DNA from: Candidatus Marinacidobacterales bacterium
GTDB lineage: Bacteria; Acidobacteriota; Vicinamibacteria; Marinacidobacterales; DATDRI01
Assembly: GCA_965219415.1 (NCBI GenBank)
Contig: CBDCNP010000002.1
Span: 32,001 to 96,000, forward strand
Length of the DNA stretch: 64,000 nt
Direction of reading: 5' to 3'
Part shown: positions 10,054 through 18,618 of the stretch, in pieces
Layout: every line of letters starts with the position of its first letter
Numbering within the stretch: position 1 is the first letter of the stretch
The notes under the pieces: generated by a model
Database searches by the model: none
What the model was told of the DNA's origin: nothing
Seen by the model: only the letters and a program-made list of their open reading frames with translations
Translations under genes and position numbers: made by a program

Positions 10054-10160
10054 ATCCTCGCTCCTATGTCATGTGCCTCGCTCAAGCCTAGAGAGACTCG
10101 GGCAGGCGGTCACTGTATGCAGGACGGAATCCGGTGTCAATCTCGTGTATAAGGGGATCC

Positions 10161-11558
10161 ATGACGCGGGAGCTATGTCGCCTCGGGGTTCGCGCGTTGA
10201 CGACACGCTACCGAGAGCGGAGTCTCTCGCCGACTGAGGTCGTGGAGGCGGTCGCCCAGCGGATCGACCGGATCGAACCCACCCTCAACTCCTTTGTCGC
10301 GCTCGTCCTCGACAAGGCTCGAGAAGAGGCGAAGGTCCTCACCGAAGAGCTGGCTCGAGGCGCCAGCCGGAGCGCCTTGCACGGGATTCCCATCGCGCTC
10401 AAGGAGCTCTTCCACGTCGAAGGCGTCCCGACCTCTTATGGGTCTGCATTAATGAAGATAGTGCCGGATCAGGACGCGGCGTCGGTGCGCCGTCTTCGTG
10501 CGGCCGGTGCCATCGTCGTCGGCCTAACCCGCTCCCACGAATGGGGTTGGGGCATTACCACGCAACACCCAGATGGCGGCGGCACACGGAATCCCTGGAA
10601 TCCCGCTCGGGTGCCAGGCGGCTCCAGCGGGGGCTCCGCCGCAGCGGTCGCAGCCGGGCTCGTCCCTTTAGCGCTGGGAACCGATACCGGAGGATCCGTC
10701 CGCCAACCCGCGAGCTACTGTGGGGTCGTCGGCTTCAAGCCCACCTACAATCGTATTAGTCGCGACGGCGTCCTACCCCTCTCCCCGTCCTTCGACCATG
10801 TTGGGATCATGGCTCGGAATGCCGAGGACGCTGCGATCGCGTTGTCCGTACTCGCCGGCGACGTTCCGGAATTGCCTGAACGGCCTGAACTGGCGGTTCG
10901 CGGTCTCCGCGTCGGCCTCGCTCCGGATTTGAACCTCCTCGAGCTCAAGCCGGAATACGCGACCACGTTGGATCACGTGATCCAGATCCTCGCCAAGGAG
11001 GGCGCCCAGCTCACCGAGCGGCGCGGACTCGATCCCGATGACGTGCTCGCCACCTACCTCACCATACAAATGGCCGAAGGGTACGAGGTGCACCACCACC
11101 GGCTTGAGACCTACCCCCAAAGAGCCGCCGACTACTCAGCGCGCATCCGTGCGCGGCTCGAAGAGGCTCGAGAGATCGACCCATCTCGTATCTCGGAAGC
11201 CCGCGCCAACGTCCCGCGGATCCGGAAACAGTTCGAGGCGTTCTTCGAAGACATCGACGTCCTCTTGACGCCCATTGCTGCCGCCGGGCCCTCCCTCGTC
11301 TCAAAGCCAGACACCGTTACACACCGAGGCGTCGAGGTGCCGTTCCGCGATTTGGCGACGCACTACGTGATCCATCAAAACCTCACCGGCTTTCCGGCCA
11401 TCACCTTCCGGGCCGGCTTCGATGATGAGCGTGTTCCGATCGGTGTTCAGCTGACGGCTCTTCCGGAAAAGGAGAACCTACTCCTCCAGCTGGCTGGGAA
11501 GCTCGAAGGAATGCTCGGCAGTGACGAAGGCAACTGGCCGCCGCTCCAAAATGAATGA
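10161..11558 (+). CDS. amidase-signature family amidase
   Basis: LHGIPIALKE, PGGSSGGS, GTDTGGSVR (Ser-cisSer-Lys triad). Confidence 0.92.
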   Translation: MTRELCRLGVRALTTRYRERSLSPTEVVEAVAQRIDRIEPTLNSFVALVLDKAREEAKVLTEELARGASRSALHGIPIALKELFHVEGVPTSYGSALMKIVPDQDAASVRRLRAAGAIVVGLTRSHEWGWGITTQHPDGGGTRNPWNPARVPGGSSGGSAAAVAAGLVPLALGTDTGGSVRQPASYCGVVGFKPTYNRISRDGVLPLSPSFDHVGIMARNAEDAAIALSVLAGDVPELPERPELAVRGLRVGLAPDLNLLELKPEYATTLDHVIQILAKEGAQLTERRGLDPDDVLATYLTIQMAEGYEVHHHRLETYPQRAADYSARIRARLEEAREIDPSRISEARANVPRIRKQFEAFFEDIDVLLTPIAAAGPSLVSKPDTVTHRGVEVPFRDLATHYVIHQNLTGFPAITFRAGFDDERVPIGVQLTALPEKENLLLQLAGKLEGMLGSDEGNWPPLQNE

Positions 11559-11612
11559 GTCAGCAGTCTTCCATGCCGAGCAGCGATCTGCTATTCTTCC
11601 GCTTCCGTCCTC

Positions 11613-12635
11613 ATGAACGCTTTGGTCGCGGCTCTCGTCCTTCTCGGAGCGCAGGGCACCGAGGAACCTACGCATCGATGGTACCGCGGCAATACGCACG
11701 TCCACACCGATCGAAGCGACGGCAACGCGTCGCCTGAAGTCGTTGCCGAGTGGTACCAGCGGCTCGGCTTTCACTTCATCGTCATCACCGATCACAACCA
11801 AATGACACCCGTGTCGGAGCTGAACGCCCGCCTCGGAACACCTGGCGAGTTTTTGGTGATCGCCGGTGAGGAGGTCTCCGCATCTCACGAGGGGCGACCG
11901 GTGCATCTGAACGGCCTTGCGATCTCCAACGCCGTGGCGCCGGTGTCGGGAACCTCGGTACGCGATGTCATCGACGCCAACGCACGCGCCATTCGCCGCC
12001 AGGACGGTATCCCGCAGCTCAACCACCCCAACTTGGGTTGGTTCATGACCGTCGAGGCACTGGTCGCCACTCGGACGATCCGCCATTTGGAGATCGTGAA
12101 CGCTCACCCGGTCAACAACTCCTGGGGAGGAGGCGGCGCCCCTTCCGCCGAGGCGCTCTGGGATGCGCGGCTCTCGGAAGGGCGGGTGTTCTACGGGATC
12201 GCCTCCGACGACGCGCACGACTACGAGTCCTTCGCCCCCATGACGACCGATCGAGGCCCCAGCGCCAGCGCGAATCCTGGCCGTGCCTGGATCTTGGTGC
12301 GCGCACCCGCCCTCACCGCCGATGCGAATGCCGCGTCGATCGAGGCCGGCAGTTTCTACGCCAGCACCGGCGTCGAGTTCCTGGCGTACGAGAGCGATTC
12401 GCACGGCATTCGCCTCCGTCTGCCGAAGAGCTATCGTTACAAAGTGGCGGTACCCGGCGGACTCCGCTACCGCACGTTTTTCATTGGACTGAACGGCGAG
12501 GTGCTAAAAAAGGACGACACCGTGCAGCCGGTCTATCTTTTCGATGGGAGCGAGCGTTACGTTAGGGTGCGAGTCGAAGCATCCGACGGCACCCTGGCCT
12601 GGACGCAGCCCGTTTTTTCCACGAACCCCAAGTAA
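11613..12635 (+). CDS. secreted PHP-fold (CehA/McbA-like) metallohydrolase
   Basis: Signal peptide; GNTHVHT..SDG, ITDHN, NHP, SDDAH, AWTQP. Confidence 0.85.
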   Translation: MNALVAALVLLGAQGTEEPTHRWYRGNTHVHTDRSDGNASPEVVAEWYQRLGFHFIVITDHNQMTPVSELNARLGTPGEFLVIAGEEVSASHEGRPVHLNGLAISNAVAPVSGTSVRDVIDANARAIRRQDGIPQLNHPNLGWFMTVEALVATRTIRHLEIVNAHPVNNSWGGGGAPSAEALWDARLSEGRVFYGIASDDAHDYESFAPMTTDRGPSASANPGRAWILVRAPALTADANAASIEAGSFYASTGVEFLAYESDSHGIRLRLPKSYRYKVAVPGGLRYRTFFIGLNGEVLKKDDTVQPVYLFDGSERYVRVRVEASDGTLAWTQPVFSTNPK

Positions 12636-13805
12636 TGACGTCCCTCGACTCAGGAAAAGAAAAGATCGCCTGGACCGGCTCCCACCTGCCGATGCTGCGA
12701 GACATCCGGGACGAGTTTGCCACAACACGTCCTTTCGACGGCCTAACGATTGGCATCTGCCTCCACCTCGAACCCAAGACCGCCGTTCTCTGCTCTGTGT
12801 TGTCGGCGGGTGGCGCTACCGTCGCCATCACAGGAAGCCCAAGAACAACCCAAGCCGATGTGGCTACGGCCCTGGCCGAGTCCGGGCATCACGTCTACCA
12901 TGACCAAACCCGCGGGGCCCATAGCCACGACGATAACATCCATCGCGTTCTGTCCCATCAACCGAACCTGCTGCTCGACAACGGCGCCGATCTGGTGGCG
13001 GCGTGGATTGAGACCGCGTCCGAGGCCCGGCTCCTGGGTGGGAACGGAGGAAACGACGACCGGCGCGAACCGCTTGCGAGAGGAGCTCGCCAGCCGCGTC
13101 GAATTCCCGGTGATCGTGATCAACGACAGTCCATTGAAACGAATCATCGAGAATGAGCATGGCGTGGGCCAGACCGTGGTCGAGGCGTTCATGCGGGTCA
13201 CGAACCTCATGGTGCCGGCAAAACGTTTCGTGGTGTTTGGATACGGTTGGTGCGGCCGCGGCATCGCGCGCACGTTGAAGCGGCTGGGGGGGCAAGTCGC
13301 GGTGGTCGAGCCCGATGCGGCCAAGGCGCTAGAGGCGGCGCTGGACGGCATGATCGTGCGAGAGGCAGAAAAGCTCCTTGGATGGGCGACCGTCCTCATT
13401 ACCGCGACTGGAAGACCCGGCGTGCTCGAGGTCGCGGACTTCGAAAAAATGGCGAACGGAGCGATTTTGGCCAACGCCGGCCACTTCAGTTGGGAGATCG
13501 ACGTAGAAGGTTTGAGGGCGTCCGCGAAGGAAACGACGCACATGGGAGAGTCGATCGCGGAGTTCGAGCTTGCCGACGGCAAGCGGCTTTCGCTCCTAAC
13601 CGGCGGCGAGATGGTCAACCTCGCGGGTGGGGGTGGAAATCCTGCCGAGACGATGGACATGGGGCTGAGCCTTCAGGCCCGTTCACTGGAGCTGGTGGCC
13701 CGACAGGATCCGACGCTCCGCCCGGGGCCGCAGCCCGTGCCGAGTGAAGTCAATGAACGGGTCGCCAAGCTTATGCTCCGGAAGCTTCGAGAACCCACCG
13801 AGTAA
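12635..13805 (+). CDS. ahcY: divergent adenosylhomocysteinase (AhcY/SIH-hydrolase-like); frameshift near 13035
   Basis: CLHLEPKTA in ORF 12635..13156 continues as GTEETTTG, GYGWCGRG and NAGHF in ORF 12750..13805. Confidence 0.8.
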
Positions 13806-13950
13806 CATCGTTAGCCATCCCCGGACGTCGTTCGCATGAGCGGCGGTCTTCAGGCTGCAGCGGTCGGCTTGTCCTCTACAACCATCGACAACTCCGATTC
13901 CCTCTTAGAGCTTGGTAGCACGGCCCCGCCCTCGGGGCCCCACTTTTCTA

Positions 13951-13979
13951 TTGACATTTCCGCGACCGAGCGGTATTTA
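13951..13979 (+). promoter_or_regulatory. candidate sigma-70 promoter
   Basis: TTGACA, 17-bp spacer, TATTTA (weak -10). Confidence 0.4.
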
Positions 13980-14029
13980 GCAGACTAGCATTCCGCGATG
14001 GCACGCAGGTGCTACCGCGAACCGGAAAG

Positions 14030-14335
14030 GAGACACCTTGTGACTCCACCTGGCCATTCGGGGCCTTCAAAAGGCTGAGTCCGGTCGCACGGAACACGCG
14101 AATCCGGTCGCTTTTTTGAAGGTTGGCTTACGAGACCGTTTCGACTTAGGCCCGGCCTACGAACGTGTCCTCAGATCGTTGACCCGGGTGGGTGCCACCG
14201 ATTGGGTGCCCCCCAGTCCGATGGGGTCCGGCTTCCACAAGCCTTGGGGTCGGTTCTTCTAGTCACCCACTCCTTGGGTTGCTTCCCAAGCAGCCTGAAA
14301 AGGCGGGGTGTGCACGTGGCTCGCTCCGCCTTTTC
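14030..14335. ncRNA. candidate structured non-coding RNA or leader (family and strand unresolved)
   Basis: No credible ORF; inverted repeats at 14064-14072/14114-14122, 14273-14278/14285-14290 and 14297-14306/14326-14335. Confidence 0.35.
14297..14335. terminator. possible bidirectional terminator-like hairpin
   Basis: GAAAAGGCGG-N19-CCGCCTTTTC perfect 10-bp inverted repeat. Confidence 0.4.
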
Positions 14336-14475
14336 GCATCCGGCCTGCCCTTGCACGCTTCCCTCCGCACGATTAAGATGCGACTCACGTTTGAATGCGC
14401 TGTATCAACTCCCGGGGCGAGCACCGCCACACCTTGGTCAGCCGAAATCGTCAACCGTGTTGGGGGTCAGCAACT

Positions 14476-15504
14476 ATGCCAGAACTCGATCCATCCAAAA
14501 TCATGCAAGTCGGCCTCGGTTACTGGGGCTCGAAATCTCTACTGAGCGCCGTGGAACTCGGCCTCTTCACCGAACTCGCGCGTCAACCGATGACCGGAAA
14601 GCAACTCGAGACGAAGCTGGGGCTTCACCCGCGCGCCACCTATGATTTCCTCGACGCGCTCTTAGCCATGGGCTTCCTGCGGCGGGAAGGAGACGGTGCG
14701 GGCGCCGTCTACCGCAACACCAACGAGACCGAGGCTTTCTTGGATCGAGAATCCCCTCGCTACATCGGCGGCATCCTCGAAATGACCAACGCGCGCCAGT
14801 TCGCTATCTGGAACGACCTCACCGAGGGGCTGCGCACCGGGAAGCCGCAAAACGAGGTGAAGCACACCGGCGAGTCCATCTTCCAGAAACTCTATGCTGA
14901 TCCTGCGGAGCTCGAGAGGTTCATGAACGCGATGACCGGCATTTCGATGGGCAACTTTCACGTCTTCGCACAGCAGTTCGATTTTTCGCCTTACAAAACG
15001 ATGTGCGACGCGGGCGGCGCGACAGCCCAGTTGTCGATCATTTGTGCGCAACACAACCCTCACTTGAGTTTCACCAGCTTCGATCTACCGGTGGTGGCAC
15101 CCATTGCGAAAAAGAACATCGACGCCGCCGGATTGAGCGAGCGCATCAAGACCGCCGAAGGTAGCTTCTTCGAAGATCCGCTGCCCCAAGCGGACCTCAT
15201 CACTATGGGACTGATCCTGCACGATTGGAACTTGGAAAAGAAAATGCACCTGATCCGATCGGCCCACGACGCCCTGCTCCCTGGTGGTGCCTTCGTTGTT
15301 ATCGAGAACCTCATCGATGACGCACGGCGAGAAAACGCCTTCGGCCTCTTGATGTCCCTCATGATGTTGCTCGAGTTCGGCGATGCCTTCGACTACAGCG
15401 GCGCCGACTTCGACGGCTGGTGTCGCGAGGTGGGCTTCGAGCGGACCGAGGTACTTCATCTCGCCGGACCGGCGAGCGCCGCGATCGCCTACAAAGCGAA
15501 GTGA
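14476..15504 (+). CDS. class I SAM-dependent O-methyltransferase (dimerisation + Methyltransf_2)
   Basis: SAVELGLF, DAGGATA, FDLPVV, GSFF, ILHDW. Confidence 0.93.
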   Translation: MPELDPSKIMQVGLGYWGSKSLLSAVELGLFTELARQPMTGKQLETKLGLHPRATYDFLDALLAMGFLRREGDGAGAVYRNTNETEAFLDRESPRYIGGILEMTNARQFAIWNDLTEGLRTGKPQNEVKHTGESIFQKLYADPAELERFMNAMTGISMGNFHVFAQQFDFSPYKTMCDAGGATAQLSIICAQHNPHLSFTSFDLPVVAPIAKKNIDAAGLSERIKTAEGSFFEDPLPQADLITMGLILHDWNLEKKMHLIRSAHDALLPGGAFVVIENLIDDARRENAFGLLMSLMMLLEFGDAFDYSGADFDGWCREVGFERTEVLHLAGPASAAIAYKAK

Positions 15505-15526
15505 ATCGGCCGAGTTAAATCCTCTG

Positions 15527-16699
15527 TCATGTAGCGGCCGTCCCGACGTCGAAAGCGACGGCGAGACGGTCCGCCACCGCGAGCCCATCGAGTGTCGGCC
15601 GGAGCCAATCTTCGTCGAGCTCGAGGAGTCCGTCGTCAGAGAGCTTCGCCACCAACTCTTCGTTGACCTTCAGAAGGTCGATGTGGAACTGCTCGCGCAC
15701 CCAAGTGAGATCCAAGCCGTCCTTTGTGCGTATGCGGAGCATGACCGCTTCTAAGAGGAAATCCTTGGCGCTCAGCTTCTCCCGTCCCTCGACCGCGCTT
15801 TCTCCTCGGTCGATCTTCTTTTTCCAGTCGAGGAGCAAACGTTCGTTCCAAAAACGGGAGCGACCATCGAAGGAATGCGCCGAGGGCCCCAGACCGAGAT
15901 AAGGGGTGTGATACCAGTATTTCTGGTTGTGGCGCGAGCGGTGCGCTTCGGAGCGGGCGAAGTTGGAGACTTCGTAGCCCTCATAGCCGGCGTCGGCGAG
16001 AAACTCGTGGGTGAGACGAAAGAGCTCCGCCTGTCTGTCCTCCGAAGCCTCCATGACCTCCCCTCCCCTCTTCCTCCGTCCAAAGAGGGTCTCGTCGTGA
16101 ATCGTCAGCTGGTAGCACGACAGATGATCGGGCGCTAGAGCGACGGCCGCCTCGAGCTCTTTTCGCCAATCGGAGACCTCCTGGCCTGGACGGCCGTAGA
16201 TTAGATCGAGCGAAAGCTCGTCAAAACCAGCCTTGCGAGCAAGTGCAACGCTACGGCCAACGTCCTCAACGGTATGGTGTCGACCGAGCCACCGAAGCGC
16301 TTCGTCGTCCATTGCCTGAACGCCGAGCGAGAGGGTTCGTATGCCGAGCTCGTGCCAGACGGAGAGCGAAGAACGCTTTACGTCTTCGGGATTGGCCTCC
16401 AGAAACCACCGGCAAACGGGATCTAGCCAACCCTTATCGGCGATGGCCTCTGCGATCTCGGACAGACCCTCCGCGTGGAGGAACGATGGGGTACCGCCTC
16501 CGAAGTACACGGTGTCGAAGCCTCGAATTTCCCCATCCGAGAGCTCGATCTCCCTCAACAAATGTGAGACGAATCGCTCCTGCCTCGAGCGGTCTCCCGT
16601 CAGCACCGCGAAATCGCAGTAGGGACAGATCGAAGAGCAGAAGGGAATGTGAACGTAGAGTCCAGGCTTACTCGACTTGGAAGACCGATCAGGAGTCAT
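15527..16699 (-). CDS. hemW: radical SAM heme chaperone HemW (HemN-like)
   Basis: LYVHIPFCxxxCxYCDF, YFGGGTPS, YEVSNFA, HNxKYW; directly downstream of lepA. Confidence 0.92.
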   Translation of the reverse strand: MTPDRSSKSSKPGLYVHIPFCSSICPYCDFAVLTGDRSRQERFVSHLLREIELSDGEIRGFDTVYFGGGTPSFLHAEGLSEIAEAIADKGWLDPVCRWFLEANPEDVKRSSLSVWHELGIRTLSLGVQAMDDEALRWLGRHHTVEDVGRSVALARKAGFDELSLDLIYGRPGQEVSDWRKELEAAVALAPDHLSCYQLTIHDETLFGRRKRGGEVMEASEDRQAELFRLTHEFLADAGYEGYEVSNFARSEAHRSRHNQKYWYHTPYLGLGPSAHSFDGRSRFWNERLLLDWKKKIDRGESAVEGREKLSAKDFLLEAVMLRIRTKDGLDLTWVREQFHIDLLKVNEELVAKLSDDGLLELDEDWLRPTLDGLAVADRLAVAFDVGTAAT

Positions 16700-18491
16700 C
16701 CGTCTTGAGGACGGCAACGAAGGCCGCTTGAGGAATCTCGACCGCACCCACCATCTTCATGCGCCTCTTCCCTTCCTTTTGCTTCTCGAGGAGCTTGCGC
16801 TTGCGGGTGATGTCTCCGCCGTAGCACCGGGCGGTGACGTCTTTGCGGTAGGCGTTGATGGTGGTGCGCGCGATGATATCACCTCCGATAGCACCCTGAA
16901 TGGCTATTTTGAACTGCTGCTTGGGTATAGCTTCCGCGAGACGCTCACAGTAGTGAAGCGCCCGCGGACGGGCCTTGTCCACGTGTACGAGCTGCGAGAG
17001 GGCATCGACACTCTCGCCGTTGACGAGAATATCCACCTTGGCAATCTTCGTCTCACGATAGTCGAGCATCTCGTAATCGAAGGAACCATAGCCCTGAGTG
17101 ACGGTCTTCAGGCGGTCATAGAAGTCGAAGAGCACCTCGGCCAAAGGCAGCTCCGACGTGAGCTCCACCCTCCCCACCGCGAGGTAGTGGAACGTCGTAT
17201 TCACACCGCGCCGCTCACGGCAAAGCTCCATGACGACCCCTAAGTACTTCTCGGGCATCATCACCGAAGCCTTGATGTAAGGCTCCTCGGACTTGATGAC
17301 ATGCATCGGATCTGGGAAGCGGCTCGGGTTGTCTACCATCACCACACCTTCCTTCTCGAGGGTGACGCGGTACTTAACCGACGGAGCGGAGAGCAGCAAG
17401 GAGAGGCCGTACTCCCGCTGCAGGCGTTCCTGGATCACATCGAGATGCAAAAGGCCGAGAAAGCCGCAGCGAAAGCCATACCCGAGAGCCGCCGAAGAGT
17501 CCTTCTCATAGGTCAGCGCCGGATCGTTGAGTGTGAGCTTGTCCAGCGCTTTCGTCAGGTCTTCGTAGTCGTCGGTGGACATCGGGTAGATGGAAGAGAA
17601 GACGACCGGCTTGGCTTCCTTGTACCCGGGCAAAGGCTTCAGCGCCGGGTTCTCTTTGTGGGTGATGGTGTCGCCGATGGCAATGTCGTGAACCGCCTTG
17701 ATATTGGCGAGCACGTAACCCACCGCCCCCGCGGAAAGCTCCTCTTGCTTTACCCGCTTGAGCTTGAGCAGCCCCACCTCCTCGACATCGTATTCCTTCC
17801 CACTGTGCATCAACCGTATCGTCTGTCCGGGCTTCACGGTTCCGTGCTCGATGCGGCAATACAAAACCACGCCGCGATAGACGTCGTACTGCGCGTCGAA
17901 GATGAGCGCCTGTAGCGGAGCCTCGGGATCGCCGGTGGGAGCGGGTAGCCTGTCGACGATGGCCTCCAGAAGCTCGTCGATGCCCTGGCCCAGTTTGGCC
18001 GAAACGGGAATCGCTTCCAGCGCATCGAGCCCCAAATCCGTTTCAATTTCCTCTTGGACTCTGTCGATGTCGGCCGCAGGGAGATCGATCTTATTGATGA
18101 CCGGAAGCAAAGCGAGATCGTGCTCCATCGCCAGATAGAGGTTTGCCACCGTCTGGGCCTCGACACCTTGAGCGGCGTCCACCACGATGAGCGCCCCATC
18201 GCTGGACATCAAGGAGCGGCGCACTTCGTGCGAGAAGTCCACGTGGCCAGGAGTATCGATGAGATTGAGTTGGTACTCGCGACCATCCTTCGCCTCATAG
18301 TGAAGGCTGACGGTGTTGCTTTTAATCGTTATCCCCCTCTCGCGCTCCAAATCCATGGAGTCCAGGAGCTGGTCGCGGAACTCCCGGTCGGAGACCCCTC
18401 CACACCGCTGGATGAGGCGGTCGGCGAGGGTGGATTTCCCGTGATCGATGTGGGCGATGATGCAGAAGTTACGAATTTGCGTTAGCGACAT
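16689..18491 (-). CDS. lepA: translation elongation factor 4
   Basis: IRNFCIIAHIDHGKSTLADR, ERERGITIK, GFLGLLH, CYGGDITRKRKLLEKQKEGK. Confidence 0.98.
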   Translation of the reverse strand: MSLTQIRNFCIIAHIDHGKSTLADRLIQRCGGVSDREFRDQLLDSMDLERERGITIKSNTVSLHYEAKDGREYQLNLIDTPGHVDFSHEVRRSLMSSDGALIVVDAAQGVEAQTVANLYLAMEHDLALLPVINKIDLPAADIDRVQEEIETDLGLDALEAIPVSAKLGQGIDELLEAIVDRLPAPTGDPEAPLQALIFDAQYDVYRGVVLYCRIEHGTVKPGQTIRLMHSGKEYDVEEVGLLKLKRVKQEELSAGAVGYVLANIKAVHDIAIGDTITHKENPALKPLPGYKEAKPVVFSSIYPMSTDDYEDLTKALDKLTLNDPALTYEKDSSAALGYGFRCGFLGLLHLDVIQERLQREYGLSLLLSAPSVKYRVTLEKEGVVMVDNPSRFPDPMHVIKSEEPYIKASVMMPEKYLGVVMELCRERRGVNTTFHYLAVGRVELTSELPLAEVLFDFYDRLKTVTQGYGSFDYEMLDYRETKIAKVDILVNGESVDALSQLVHVDKARPRALHYCERLAEAIPKQQFKIAIQGAIGGDIIARTTINAYRKDVTARCYGGDITRKRKLLEKQKEGKRRMKMVGAVEIPQAAFVAVLKTDDS

Positions 18492-18618
18492 AGGTTTAGA
18501 CGGTTTTTAAATGGCACAAACGCTATAGTTTAGCACGCTTTTTCAGGGGGTGTGGCGAGACCAGAGTGCGCACCGCTAGCGCCCCGCCCGTCACGCCAGT
18601 TAGAATTCCGGCAAAGTA

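Noticed and set aside
13998-14013. Sigma-54 promoter TGGCACGCAGGTGCT
   Set aside because: GG-to-GC spacing is one base short of the strict -24/-12 requirement
13806-14475. SAH/SAM riboswitch, RNase P RNA, tmRNA or tRNA
   Set aside because: I could not find their hallmark sequences (for example GAGGAAAGTCC, or a T-arm GTTCGA within a cloverleaf)
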